Position numbers and translations under genes: made by a program. The notes beneath the pieces were generated by a model. That model was not told where the DNA came from, searched no databases, and was given only the letters and a program-made list of their open reading frames with translations. Positions 13,731-25,629 of a stretch of 60,000 bases of DNA are shown piece after piece (within the stretch, counting starts at the first letter, position 1; each line of letters starts with the position of its first letter). The stretch comes from Laetmonice hystrix (taxonomy: Eukaryota): assembly GCA_965235115.1 (NCBI GenBank), contig OZ249436.1:36892001-36952000 (forward strand), written 5' to 3'.

Positions 13731-15420
13731 TTGGATAGGAAGTAATTCTATGCTTCATAGGAAGTAAAAGTAACCCGTTATGGCCATTCTTGATACATGG
13801 TTACGAGTGTTATAAGCTAAATCCTTTGTATGAATGGATGCATATCTTGGTAAAATGTAACACTGTAAAACAGTCATTAAGCTACTACTTTGGAATGTCT
13901 ATCATACCAAATTTATTTACCTTTGGGTAGTACTACAAGATGGTACTAGTGAGAATTTGCCCCCCAAACTGGTACCGATCGACCTATCTGGCTCATGGAC
14001 TATATGTTTTCACCAGAGTAGAATGTATATGACTGAAATGGCATATAATTAGAGTTAGCATGTCGTTAGATGGTTAGCATGAAATCCGCGGACAAGGAGT
14101 TATGGGGTGGACGCCCCTGGAGTGACGGGGTTGCTTTAATATATCCCCAAATATGAATGAATAGGGCAAAGGCCTACTACCGACAGGGCGTAAAACCTAC
14201 GATTCACTATTATCCTTAGCTGGAAATTTGTATTTATATTTTTACTGGCCATAACCAGTGAACCAGACAGAGCAGTAAGATTCGGCAGATTCAGTAGAAA
14301 TATTTTCCCTGGCCGGATTGGATCGATGCCGCATCCAGTCGCCAGGCCTGGCAACCGCGCCGAAAGTTGTAGGGCCGAAATTACTATTTTTTTCGAGCCC
14401 ATTCTATAAACCGGTTTGTGGAGGGGGTGGGGGTTGTAATAAGGTTAAAACCCCCTCGCCTTTCAATGAATGGTTCGAAAGTTGGTTCGTACGGTCTATT
14501 TGCTAAATACACTTAAAAACGTTGGCCATTCGGTCGATTAGTTAACATCTGTTGAACTACTAGCGGTGAATGTTTTAGGTGACCAATCTGGTTAAAAGCA
14601 CTCAATGGGATTCCCCAACCATGCATAAGGAAAATTAGGTTTAGTGATAATGCAACGGTAAGCCTTTTGGAAATGTTCCATCCAGGTACACATTACATGT
14701 GTCGTTGTTAAAATGGAAACAAAAATATTGAAATACCTGAACACTATTACTCTGCACCAGCCTTTTCCCATCGGTATAGAAACCATTAGACCACGGTAAC
14801 TGAGTCAAAATCAGAGTGGGTCCAGATTACAGCCTGTTCACGGGATCCAATGGCATCTTATATCAGAAAAATTCCAACTATTTCCGATTTAGCTACCTGC
14901 AGGTTTGCAAATTCATCTCAGACCATATTTCAATCATGTTTGGGATAATATGTAGCCTGTCGTATGTATGAAAACCGGTTTCGGTACATCAGGGCCATGC
15001 ATGGTTTCGGTTTTGGCAGAAGTGCTCGCGGGGTGCGACTAAACATCGAAACCAACCTTGGCATATACCGACCTCCAGATGGCAATGAAGTCGGTCAGTT
15101 TCGGTCGGGTTCGGTCGGGTTCGGTCGATTTCTGTCAGTTCCGTTGGTTTGGTTGGTTTCGTCAGTCAGATGGGTTCTCTCGGACAGGAATGTGAACAAG
15201 CTGGGGTAAAACGCGATCGCATTTTTCACCTAAATCTCTGGAAAAGTGGATGTTAGTGGGCCCCTTTAAATATCTTATAGCAATCTTACGTCCTAAACCA
15301 GGTACCAGTACCACACCAAGACTTTCAAAGCAATAACCGGCCAATATCATCACCTGGCAATCATGGCGTGAAGATACTTTCCCCTGAATGATACAGAACC
15401 CCACGAGCCAGCTTCTTTAA

Positions 15421-16416
15421 AGGGAAAAGTGAGTATCTCCTCAAAATTTGAAATCCATTACATCATCGTGAAATTTTGAGTTAGAGGACATAAAGTAATG
15501 TGGCTAAAAGGGGTCGACCATGAAGTACATACACACAAAATCATGGAAAATGACCCCCTGTCCCAGTGCCTTGCGTACGATCTTAATGGACGGCCCCTGA
15601 CTGAGGCTAAGTGGTATGGTGAGAGTTGCTCCACTTGATTATCACGGTCGCGAGATAAATGATACAAAACTTTCCCCTCGGAGAGGGTCAGAGTCTCTCG
15701 GACTACAGCACAAATCAACGGGCTCACCAAGTGGGCGGCCGGGTGCGGGGGTCGAGTCCGTGGCACAGGGGTCAGTTGTTGGCTAGGAGACCTGCCCTCT
15801 GCTGTCGCCCTCTACCGCCGCACCAGAGATGGTGCGGCCAGACTGCCACCAGAGGGCGCAGGTCTCCAGCCAAGGTCAGTTGTAGCCGATCAACAACAAC
15901 AATGGTGGACAGTTCGGGCGGTTGTAGTGAAACATGTGCCAAAAAGTGCCTCATAGCGCCAAGGAAACAAACATTAATACACATCAAAACAAACAGGGGA
16001 ATACTGTAAATATGCCTGGCGTACTTTCACGTTGATGCCTCGAAAGGGAAAAGCGGTAGAGCGATGACAACGCTGCCCCCTTACGGTATTACAATGTAGT
16101 ATATAGATTAGTAGAGGGGAAATGGTTGTAGTAACTTGTGGTTAAGTGGGTATAGTAAGTTAGCAGTTATCCTAAAACTGTATACAGTTCTATGGGCCTA
16201 TAAAACAAGGATTTATGCCCTACTTGTCAATGTCAGTGTTATGGCAGGCATGCAATCAGGTGGAGGAACGGTGGGTTCTCGCATCTAAACAAAAGCGCGC
16301 GGACACCTTATTGTTCAAACACGGTGGAAAATTCAGTCGGGAAGGGTTACAACGGTAGTTCAAATCTCTGTCAACAGGACTGAGCGGAGCGCTGCTGTGG
16401 ATACTCACTTTTCCCT
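15421..16416. mobile_element. Non-autonomous TTAA-TSD element (Kolobok-like), 996 bp
   Basis: TTAA|AGGGAAAAGTGAGTATC ... GATACTCACTTTTCCCT|TTAA, 17-bp perfect TIR. Confidence 0.85.
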
Positions 16417-16420
16417 TTAA

Positions 16421-16760
16421 AGGTGCTATTCGTCTCGCACAGAATGGCATTTCTCCTATCAAACATTGTGCACATAGTACTAAAAAAAATTCCTACCGAT
16501 ACCATTGGCCTGATAAACCTTCTATTAGTTTGTGTGCAGCATTTGAAACCTATCTCGGTGCGCACCGAGATAGAGCCATTTCCTATGGTGGGGCGTGTCA
16601 GGGTCTCCACAGGCCTTCTGAGAGAGCCCCATTTGTGCCGTTATCCATGAAAAATTTTGATTTCCTTTGGTTTGAATCTGTTTCCATGATAGGTGGGATC
16701 ACATAAACGTCAACAAAATTAAAAATAAAAAAATTGAATTTTTTTTCACGAATAGCACCT
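16421..16760. mobile_element. TTAA-TSD MITE (Kolobok-like), 340 bp
   Basis: TTAA|AGGTGCTATTCGT ... ACGAATAGCACCT|TTAA; shares TTAA 16417-16420 with the preceding element. Confidence 0.85.
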
Positions 16761-19348
16761 TTAACAGCGCAGCTCATGTGGCAAAGATTCGTTCCTTGCT
16801 TGTCGTCTAGTTTCGCCGCCGCTATGTGAATTCGGCATGTGCTTTACTTCGCCACCGGTCACACATGACATTCAACGTGCCTTCCCAGCAATTAGTTCCT
16901 GTTAGCACGTGTTGCTGCTGGGGACTGGGAGTGGGGGCGCTCCAATTCATCACGATCCCTTTCATGGAAGTATTCCCAGCGTGCCATCTGCAATGTACTC
17001 AAGCTAATAATGCATGCGAGGGAGACATGGTTAGCCGTCCCACTTCTACCAAAAGGCATTTGTCATCCCTGGTCGAAATGAGCATCGCTTGACCCAAATA
17101 TACGTGACCGGATGAAAAGAATTAAGAGAGGAGCGTTTGGTATCCATGCCACTCAGTCGGTAAATGTTTCCGAGCTTCAACCAACATACTCTTCAGGTCG
17201 CGTTTGAAGTAAGGATTTGAAATGAACTCTCCATAGTGGAGAGGAAGTCAGGATGAACACTCTTAAGTTGGTATGTTACTTCACTTCCAATTTAAGCTAG
17301 GCCCACTTAACTGCAGCCAAAAAGCCGAAGGCCCTTGAAACGGTCCTACATGGCCGAGTGGATGTACGACGAGAGAAAGGGACGTAAAATGGAAGACTTC
17401 AGAACACTTCCGGATTCATGAAGGAGTTACATTTTCCAGATATCGGCATGAAATGAGTTCGATAATTATCAGGTGTGCATGTACACGAATGCCCAGTTTG
17501 TTCTTTGTTTTCGCAATGGCGGCTGACACTAAACAGTCCTTCCATACTGACGTGAATACCACTCATCGGGAAAATATCCAACATGCATGACACTTCGCAT
17601 ACTAGTTGGTCCATTGCTTTACTCTACGGACGCCAAAGAAAGCCTAACGCCTACGTGCAATTACCATGACACCAACAGCTCGCTTTCCCACACAAGTATG
17701 TCGTAACATAACATATAGCATGTACAGTGAATACGGATCATTATAATTGCTCCCCAAGCAATGCCATATTAGTTTGATAAAATAGAGGCGTTTCATATGA
17801 TTTCTTACAGTATCACGGTATGTCAAAGTTAAGATGAATGCATTGAGAGAATGTCTTTAGAACCTACGTAATTAGCCATCCACTCTGGCGGACGAAACCT
17901 GACTTAATCAGACCCTCCATCGTAACAAGAACGACCCTGAAATAAGGTCAGTCGGATATCCGAAGCATCCTTGACATTCACGCCATAATTAGGATCCTCA
18001 GGGCCCCGTTGCATATTCAAGAACCGGCCGATAAGGATCGTTAAAATGTTCAAAAGCGTTGCATATTACAGATTTAGCAGTCACTAAAATCAGAGTGTTG
18101 CATAAAAAGAGGTCGCAAATAGTGGTCTTTATAGGTGTTGCACAAAGTAGCGCTCATTAAGGGGGTCTCTCTGTACTATCGCTGAACCGCCTAACAGTTC
18201 CTAAAATGGTTGCTAGAGCCCTCCGCTAAGGCCCACCAAAAAGGTGGAGTGGAGAAGAGTGGAAGAGTGGAGTGTGTCCCATCTACCAGGGCGCCATTGC
18301 ATATTTTCCCCCTTAAGGATCACTAAAACCTTTACGATCCTTATTTTTTGCGACTAGGTTAGCGCTCGCAATGTTAGAAGTCGCTATCTGCAACGCGCCC
18401 AATATTACCAGTCGTTACACAATTCCCATTAGTGGTCGTAAAAGTACCTGAGAGCAGCACCTCACTGCAACACGAGCTTCTTGAGGCAGTTCCCGGCACT
18501 GTTGCATATTTTTTCCCCTTAAGAATCACCAAAAACCTTTACGATCCTTATTTTTTTGCGACTACTAAGGGCCATACTGACCGTGCCGTTGCATATCAGA
18601 TACCCCATGTTGTCACAAAGGTTAGCGCTCGCAATGTTAGAAGTCGCTATCTGCAACGCGCCCAATATTAGCAGTCGTTACACAATCCCCATTAGTGGTC
18701 GTAAAAGTACCTGAGAGCAACACCTTACTGCGACACCAGCTTCTTGAGGCAGTTCCCTAATTAGTCGTCAGGGGGCGGAATGGGTACACCGGACTTGGCC
18801 TTGTATGTTGCTTCATGTCAACAATTGTCCATGTTCACCAAAGCCAGTCTTTTATGAGTCGTAAAATAACATAATAATAAAGTACTTTTAGTGTTAATTC
18901 AAAGTACTTTAATGATTTTTTGCAAAAGGCTGACATTATATTTTATTATATTTTATTATATATTTCCCCAATTGCCACACAAATGTCTAAGCCAGATGTC
19001 ACAGTTTATACAGAAGGCTTGAATTCATGTAGGAATACCCCTCATCTCCTACACAAAGTCTATATAGCCTGTATCGAAGGATAGATCGTGTTCCTGTCTG
19101 TTACGAGCAATCGCCAGTAATATTTATAGATGAGCTACAGGTCAACCGTTAATTACGGCCAGTTTGGCTCAGTCCCGTTTTTTTATTTAATGTTTTTTAA
19201 ATGTATTTATCTATTTAATGTTTGTCAAAACCCCACAATAGCGGGCACTTCTATTAAGACCACTCCGCATTGTGACCACTTTTTGTCAGTCCCAAATGGC
19301 CTTCCAACCCTTCACTCCGGCTCTAAACTATTGTTGCCAAGGTGCATG

Positions 19349-19573
19349 TGTAACAACCCCACTTTGAAATTACGCACTTAAACATTGTTCAAAGTCCGTT
19401 AAGAATTGGGTCCACGTCAACGCACTTTCAATTTTCTTTTTTAAAGTGCGTTGAAGTGGACCCGAATCTTTTACGCACTTTGAAAACAATTTTCAAAGTG
19501 CGTTGAGGTGGTTCAACATTTTTTTTGAACATATTTTTCAAAGTGCGCAATTTTTTCAGAGTGGGTTGTTATA
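19349..19573. mobile_element. Short TIR element with repeated AAAGTGCG motifs
   Basis: TGTAACAACCCCACTTTGAAA ... TTTCAGAGTGGGTTGTTATA; no clear TSD. Confidence 0.6.
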
Positions 19574-19636
19574 GATCTGTCAATCAAGTTGAGACAACAA
19601 CGGCACAATGACTGGTTATGACACTGATCACCGTAA

Positions 19637-19894
19637 AGCTGTATCCCCACTGGACGCGTGTGACGCGCGCGACGCGTGCGATGCGTGCGACGCGATCTTT
19701 TTCTATCTTCACCAGATGCGCGTGATACGTCTGCGTATAGGCTACGGGCCTGGGAACATATAGGTATTTATATTATGCGCGTCTATCACTTGCGGGTCCA
19801 GGAACTTGCGCGACCAGTGCAGATACTCCACTCATTTCCATTACTTCTAAAAAAACGCGCGCATCGCTCGCGTCGCACGCGTCCAGTGACAGCT
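19637..19894. mobile_element. Harbinger-like MITE
   Basis: TAA|AGCTGT..CACTGGACGCGTG ... CACGCGTCCAGTGACAGCT|TTA. Confidence 0.75.
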
Positions 19895-20545
19895 TTACGC
19901 GCGTTACGCCGATCCGAGATGAAGGAAGGCAAGTCTCGCTTTAACTAAAACTAGGTGTAGTTCAAGCATTTCTCTGCATTGACAACAAAGAGGACCCATA
20001 TTTATGTTATATCATAGTTTTATATTGAAGGATGGCCTATAAAGGCGCAGATGTTAAAAAAGGTGTAGGCCTAGCCTTAGGTACAATTCCTTTTAGGCCC
20101 TAAGGCTTATGCAAATTTAAACAAAAAATCAAACAAGTTTGAAATGATAAGTCGAAGTATTCACCGTCTATTATTTCACCAACTTAAATTGGTGTTAAAT
20201 TGGCGTTACGGGTATCATTGCCGCATCCATTTTCTCTTAATTTAAGCCCTGCTAGGACCCTGAAATAAGACAAACGGCAGTCTACGCTGTTATCATGATA
20301 TTTAGACGTTGTCCTGATGTTGTTGATGCAGAGTAACCCTTGCAAAAGGGACAAAAACACGCGAAGCGAGTATCGAGATCCTCCATTTATGATCAGCGTA
20401 ACGCGCGTTACGGTGATCAGTGTCTAATCAGTGACTCACACATAGGCCTATACGATCCCTGGAATAGCTTTCTTTTCACAACCATCTGCGTGGCCAGCTT
20501 TATCCTTGTTAGCTCCATGTTATCCTTTGTTATCAGTGAACAAAC

Positions 20546-20742
20546 CAAGGGCAGGTTCAGGATTTTTGTAGGGGGGGCGTGGGGTGGAGGGGGGGTGGAG
20601 GGGGGGCGTGGGGTGGAGGGGGTGGAGGGGGGGGGGGCGTGGGGTGGAGGGGGCGTGGAGTCTAAGTGGTAAACTGTGCGCTGCGCAAAGTATGGGTGCA
20701 AGCCACTTTTTTATGGGGGTTGCGCCCCTCGATCCGCCCCTG
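20546..20742. mobile_element. MITE of the CAGGGGCGGAT type with 5-bp TSD CAAAC and G-tract interior
   Basis: CAAAC|CAAGGGCAGGTTC ... GATCCGCCCCTG|CAAAC; left TIR degenerate. Confidence 0.7.
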
Positions 20743-21452
20743 CAAACGATTTTAACGGCGGTATTTTTGCTATAACCTAATTTCTTAGCTTCTCCCCCAT
20801 TCTACTATAAATTGACCATCCTTTATGAGTTAATTTAGTATCTGGACTTGCATTATACATGCTACAAAGAGTTCGACCCATAAATACAACGTATACCCCA
20901 TTATGCCACTCGTATAGGCTCCAGGTAGATGAGACACTCCACTCTTCCAGCCTTTAGCGCGCACCTTTTAGGTGGGCCTTATCGGAGGCCTCTAGCAACC
21001 ATTTTAGCAACTGTTAGGCGGTTTAGCGATCCTACAGAAAGACCTCGCTTAAGGAGCGCTACTTTGTGCAACGCCTATAAGGACCACTATTTGTGACCTC
21101 TTTTTTATGCAACACTCTGATTTTAGTGACTGCTAAATCTGTGCAACACTTTCGATCATTTTAACAATCCTTATCGGTTGTTAGTTGTTGACCGATAGGC
21201 CTATAGACAAAATGACAGACTTTCTCTCACAGGTAAATTTGACAGCTGTGATCGTAAGGTGTCACTGCTGCCTATGTACATGTGTCAAGACACACAGTAC
21301 ATTTCTCTTATATTATCTTATTATATAGCCTACCCTATTATAGGGTAGGATGATAAGCCAAATTTATGAAAAGTTTCTCCTGTAACGTGACTTTTTCGCG
21401 TCATGACGTCATTCATCTATTCTAGATAGGACCTTCGTACTTGTAGGTCTGT

Positions 21453-21710
21453 GTGTCTCAATGGCTGAGTGGGTAACACACCCGACCGGAAAGCTGGACA
21501 TCATGGGTTCGAATCCCACTAACGGTTGAAATTTTTTTCTGAATTTTTTCGTATTCTTAACGTCAAAATGCAAACGCTTTCGTTGTGAGTCTCAATAGCT
21601 AAATGTGTAGCATACCCGTCATACAGGCTGTTTATCATGGGTTCGAATCCCACTATGAAAAAGTATTTTTTATCAGATACTTTTCGTATTGTAAACGTCC
21701 AAATGCAAAT
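21453..21710 (+). repeat. Two tandem diverged tRNA-like (Pol III A/B box) units of about 133 bp
   Basis: TGGCTGAGTGG..GGTTCGAATCC and TAGCTAAATG..GGTTCGAATCC, each followed by T-runs; no good cloverleaf. Confidence 0.65.
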
Positions 21711-24146
21711 TTACATTTTTAGTAAAACTATTCAGCTATATATATATATATTTTTCAATTTGATGGTCACTCATAGGACCTAAAAGAGGGGCTCTGTGGC
21801 CCTTTCGCCAGAAATCAATCATATCTCTCGCGGTTTTTAACAGAAACTAGTTTTGCTTTTAAAGCAAGTGGGATGTTGACCCAAATTTTAGCACACAATA
21901 TTATTGAACTACAAATTATTCTGAAAACCATCCCCACAGCTGACCGCTAACCCAGGGAGAATACTCCTTCCAATGAGTTCCCATACACTGCACATGGGGT
22001 TTAGCCCAATTTGGTATAGATTTGTTGATATAGATCTAAGTTACGTGACCTAGAAGTTTCACTATTTAAAGGGCTCTGACCACACAACTGAATGCAACTA
22101 AAATATGTGGGCTGGTTCCTAATTAGTACATTTTTTACCAATATTTTACTGATGACTTTTGACCTTCGTAAGGACTGGGTCACACGTCACATCTCACATA
22201 AATGTACGATTTTGAAGTAGATCTCTTCCAATTATCCTGGTCAAATTTGACAGGTTCCACAATGCGCTCTCCATATCAATCTTCGTCGTGTAGCCTATGG
22301 GTCAACAGGCTTACAAAATGTCTGTATGTATTTTTATGTGTTATTTTACAACTCATAAAAGACCGGCTGTGACGAACATGGACAATTGTTGACATAAAGC
22401 AACATACAAGGTCCAGTCCGGTCTACCCATTCCGCCCCCTGACGACTAATTAGGGAACTGCCTCAAGAAGCTGGTGTCGCAGTGAGGTGTTGCTCTCAGG
22501 TACTTTTACGACCACTAATGGGGATTGTGTAACGACTGCTAATATTGGGCGCGTTGCAGATAGCGACTTCTAACATTGCGAGCGCTAACCCTTGTGACAA
22601 CATGGGGTATCTGATATGCAACGGCACGGTCAGTAGGGCCCTTAGTAGTCGCAAAAAATTAAGGATCGTAAAGGTTTTAGTGATCCTTAAGGGGAAAAAA
22701 TATGCAACGGGGCCCAGGTGACAGTGTATAGCCGGCAATAGTATTGTTAGGAACTAGTTACTGGCGTACGTTCTGTGAATTGCCGCGTGCCTTCCGTCTC
22801 CTGATATCATTTGTAGTATATATAATATACGCAGACGCTGGTCGGCTCTGTCAGCCTAACGTCTACATTTACAAGTATCAAAGGGGCATTGAGAAGTCGC
22901 AGTGACGTCACTTTGAGAATTTTATTTATGAAGTCAAAACTCGGAAAGTGAGAATGTATTATAGATTACAATTTATTCATGCTGTTGCTATAGGTTACAT
23001 TATCTACCTTAATCCACTACTTACCTGTCCTATTCCCGAAGTGGCAAAAACTTGTCTACGTCCGAAAAGGTACTCCATTGGTCGGGGGTAACAACCAATA
23101 ACAGAACAGCCCTATCGCGGAAGAGGAACAGGAAGTCTCCTTGACGCCTTGTCTATAATATCTAGCCAACTTGATATTTAGCTGATCTCGGGCCGTGCCA
23201 CTTAGTACCTACCAAACCCAGACATAGGTACCATATACGGCGACAGAGCCCGACCTTCAGGCACAGACGGACTAACTACTAACATTAAGTGTAACTATAT
23301 CAAGGGCGAAAACGACCGGAATCTCAAAATGTATGCCCACCTCCTCAACACTGACGTAATCTATGCCACAGAATGCGTATCACATTGACTTTGCTAATAT
23401 ATACAATGAGTAGAAGCACTAGCATCCTGATAGAGGCGAAGGAAGCATATAAAATAAGTAGAAACCATGAACGCCAACCGTATATAGACACTCTTCTATG
23501 CGTGAAAATGAGTCCAAACACACCAAGCAAACCACGCTTCATCCTGTGCGCATGCTCGTATACTCGGCCCTGCTACTTGCCTCCGCACTTCCTAGAATCC
23601 GCTTAATATTTATACGCCTGCCTAATTATACACGTCAATTGATGAGTAAATTGGCTGGGAAATACCCCGATTATATCAGGCACATTACGTGTTGTCACCA
23701 ACGCTAGCTACTGCGTATAGGCAGCTGGTATAGGTTCCTAGACCTCCACATTACCTCTCTACACTATGGCATAGCCATATTCAGCCCCACTATGGTATAT
23801 TTGCTTTAAGTTTAAAAAACTATAGCTTGGAAACTAAAACAGTGGAAAAATCAAACTAAGCTTGAAAATATAATTTTCTTATCCATGACTACGACGATAA
23901 AACAGTGAACTGAAAGCCAGACAATCAGTTCCACCGACCTTCCGGCAGTCTACCCTTCCTAGAACCCCCAAATGGAAGTGACTACAGTGGGCTTGCACAC
24001 GGGCGCTTTTGGAATTTATATATCTATACAATATCCATAAAAAATCGAGTATATCCATCAAAACGACATGTTAGATGGCAGGCCACATAATAATTATACA
24101 GGATATTCCCCCTTTAAGGCATCATTGGATGAAAGTCAGGTAATTA

Positions 24147-24398
24147 GGCCGGGACTCCATGTGTACGGAATGCGTGGTGCGTGGTGCGGAGTGCGTGCTG
24201 CGTGAAAATCGCTCACTACACATTTCCATTCAGGTGACTCCATATATCCGTGAAGCGTACTCCGTCGTGCGGGTTGCGTGAAGCGTGCACGGACCGATCG
24301 CTCGGTGTTCGATTTTTTCCGGAACACGCACCGCAAGCCGCAGTCCGCACACCTTCCCGCACAACGCATCACGCATTCCGTACACATGGAGTCCCGCC
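24147..24398. mobile_element. MITE with TIRs of about 35 bp
   Basis: GGCCGGGACTCCATGTGTACGGAATGCGTGGTGCGT ... ACGCATCACGCATTCCGTACACATGGAGTCCCGCC; TSD not preserved. Confidence 0.85.
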
Positions 24399-24428
24399 TG
24401 CTGGCAGTCGAAAGGCTGCAGTGACCTG

Positions 24429-25336
24429 TGTTACAACCGCTAATATAATAACGCCCACTATTGTAATAACTGGGGTGCTAGGGGGGTACCAGGGAAGTAC
24501 CACCAGAGTACCGGACAGGACCAGGGGAGCATTTTTGGGGTACCCTCTGAGTACCATCTGGGTACCCCCTGGGTACCCTCAGGTACCGATTTGGTCGGTA
24601 GCCCTTGAACAAAGTTTTATTACAATAGTGGTTGCGAATTCTGGCGAACGCTACCGCTATTGTAATAACTGGGGTGCTAGGGGGGTACCAGGGAAGTACC
24701 ACCAGAGTACCGGACAGGACCAGGGGAGCACTTTGGGGGTACTCCCTGAGTAGCACCGATCTGGTCGGTACCCTTTGAACAAAGTTTTATTACAATAGCG
24801 GTTGCGAATTCTGCCGAACGCAACCGCTATTGTAATAAAACTTTGTTCAAAGGGTACCGACCAGATCGGTACCTGAGGGTACCCAGGGGGTATCCAGATG
24901 GTACTCAGGGGGTACCCCCAAAGTGCTCCCCTGGTCCTGTCCGGTACTCTGGTGGTACTTCCCTGATACCCCCTAACACCCCAGTTATTACAATAGCGGT
25001 TGCGTTCGCCAGAATTCGCAACCGCTATTGTAATAAAACTTTGTTCAAGGGCTACCGACCAGATCGGTACCTGAGGGTACCCAGGGGGTACCCAGATGGT
25101 ACTTAGGGGGTACCTCCAAAATGCTCACCTTGTCCTGTCCGGTACTCCAGTAGTATTTTCCTGGTACCCCCCGGTTGGTACCCTCTGGGTACCCAGGGGG
25201 TACCCAGAGGGTACTCAGAGGGTACCCCAAAAATGCTCCCCTGGTCCTGTCCGGTACTCTGGTGGTACTTCCCTGGTACCCCCCTAGCACCCCAGTTATT
25301 ACAATAGTGGGCGTTATTACATTAGCGGTTGTAACA
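24429..25336. mobile_element. Fold-back element with TGT..ACA termini and 6-bp TSD GACCTG
   Basis: GACCTG|TGTTACAACCGCTAAT ... ATTAGCGGTTGTAACA|GACCTG; modular GGTACC-rich arms, central palindrome near 24811. Confidence 0.9.
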
Positions 25337-25568
25337 GACCTGTCAACACGCAGGTGCTGGGACACCCGCACCATCCGCCGACCCCCACCCTCCCTGTCTG
25401 TGTGCTAGGCCTACTAGTCCAGCCTCTTGTGGGACTGACCCCCCCCCCCCCCCCATCAGCCCCCCTCCCGGCCGCCTCTAGCTTAGCCCTATGCTCTAGG
25501 CCTAGCGACAAACCCGGCCTCGATTGATTCAGGATCGGCTCCCTCGCTTGCTTGCAGACAGCAGCATG

Positions 25569-25629
25569 TGCATGCGCGAATAGATATAGACCGGAACTCT
25601 AAGACACTGTGACGTCAGCGGACTTCCGG
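25569..25629. promoter_or_regulatory. Candidate housekeeping-type promoter motif cluster
   Basis: TGCATGCGC (NRF1-like) at 25569, CCGGAA at 25591, TGACGTCA at 25610, ACTTCCGG at 25622; AAG|GTGAGT donor at 25754/25755. Confidence 0.3.

Larger units (their letters stand above)
10795..14002. mobile_element. Non-autonomous TIR element with TAG..CTA termini and TAT TSD (Academ-like), containing nested insertions
   Basis: TAGTCCATGAGCCAGATAGG...ATCGGTACCAGTTTGGGGGGCAAATTCT at 10795-10857 is inverted at 13953-14002; TAT on both flanks. Confidence 0.75.
18290..21180. mobile_element. Second copy of the same family in opposite orientation, nested inside the first
   Basis: About 18497-18880 is the reverse complement of about 22330-22714, and about 20924-21178 of about 18027-18287; starts CAG|GGCGCCATTGCATATT; its end segment is tandemly duplicated (18290-18495, 18497-18757). 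Confidence 0.7.
18002..22714. mobile_element. Composite non-autonomous Harbinger-like element (CAG TSD), outer copy
   Basis: CAG|GGCCCCGTTGCATATT ... AATATGCAACGGGGCC|CAG. Confidence 0.75.

Noticed and set aside
17100..17620. Merlin/IS1016-like transposase trace (FHADIWK)
   Set aside because: Single short motif with no colinear support
24250..25408. Overlapping ORFs up to 167 aa
   Set aside because: By-products of the fold-back modules
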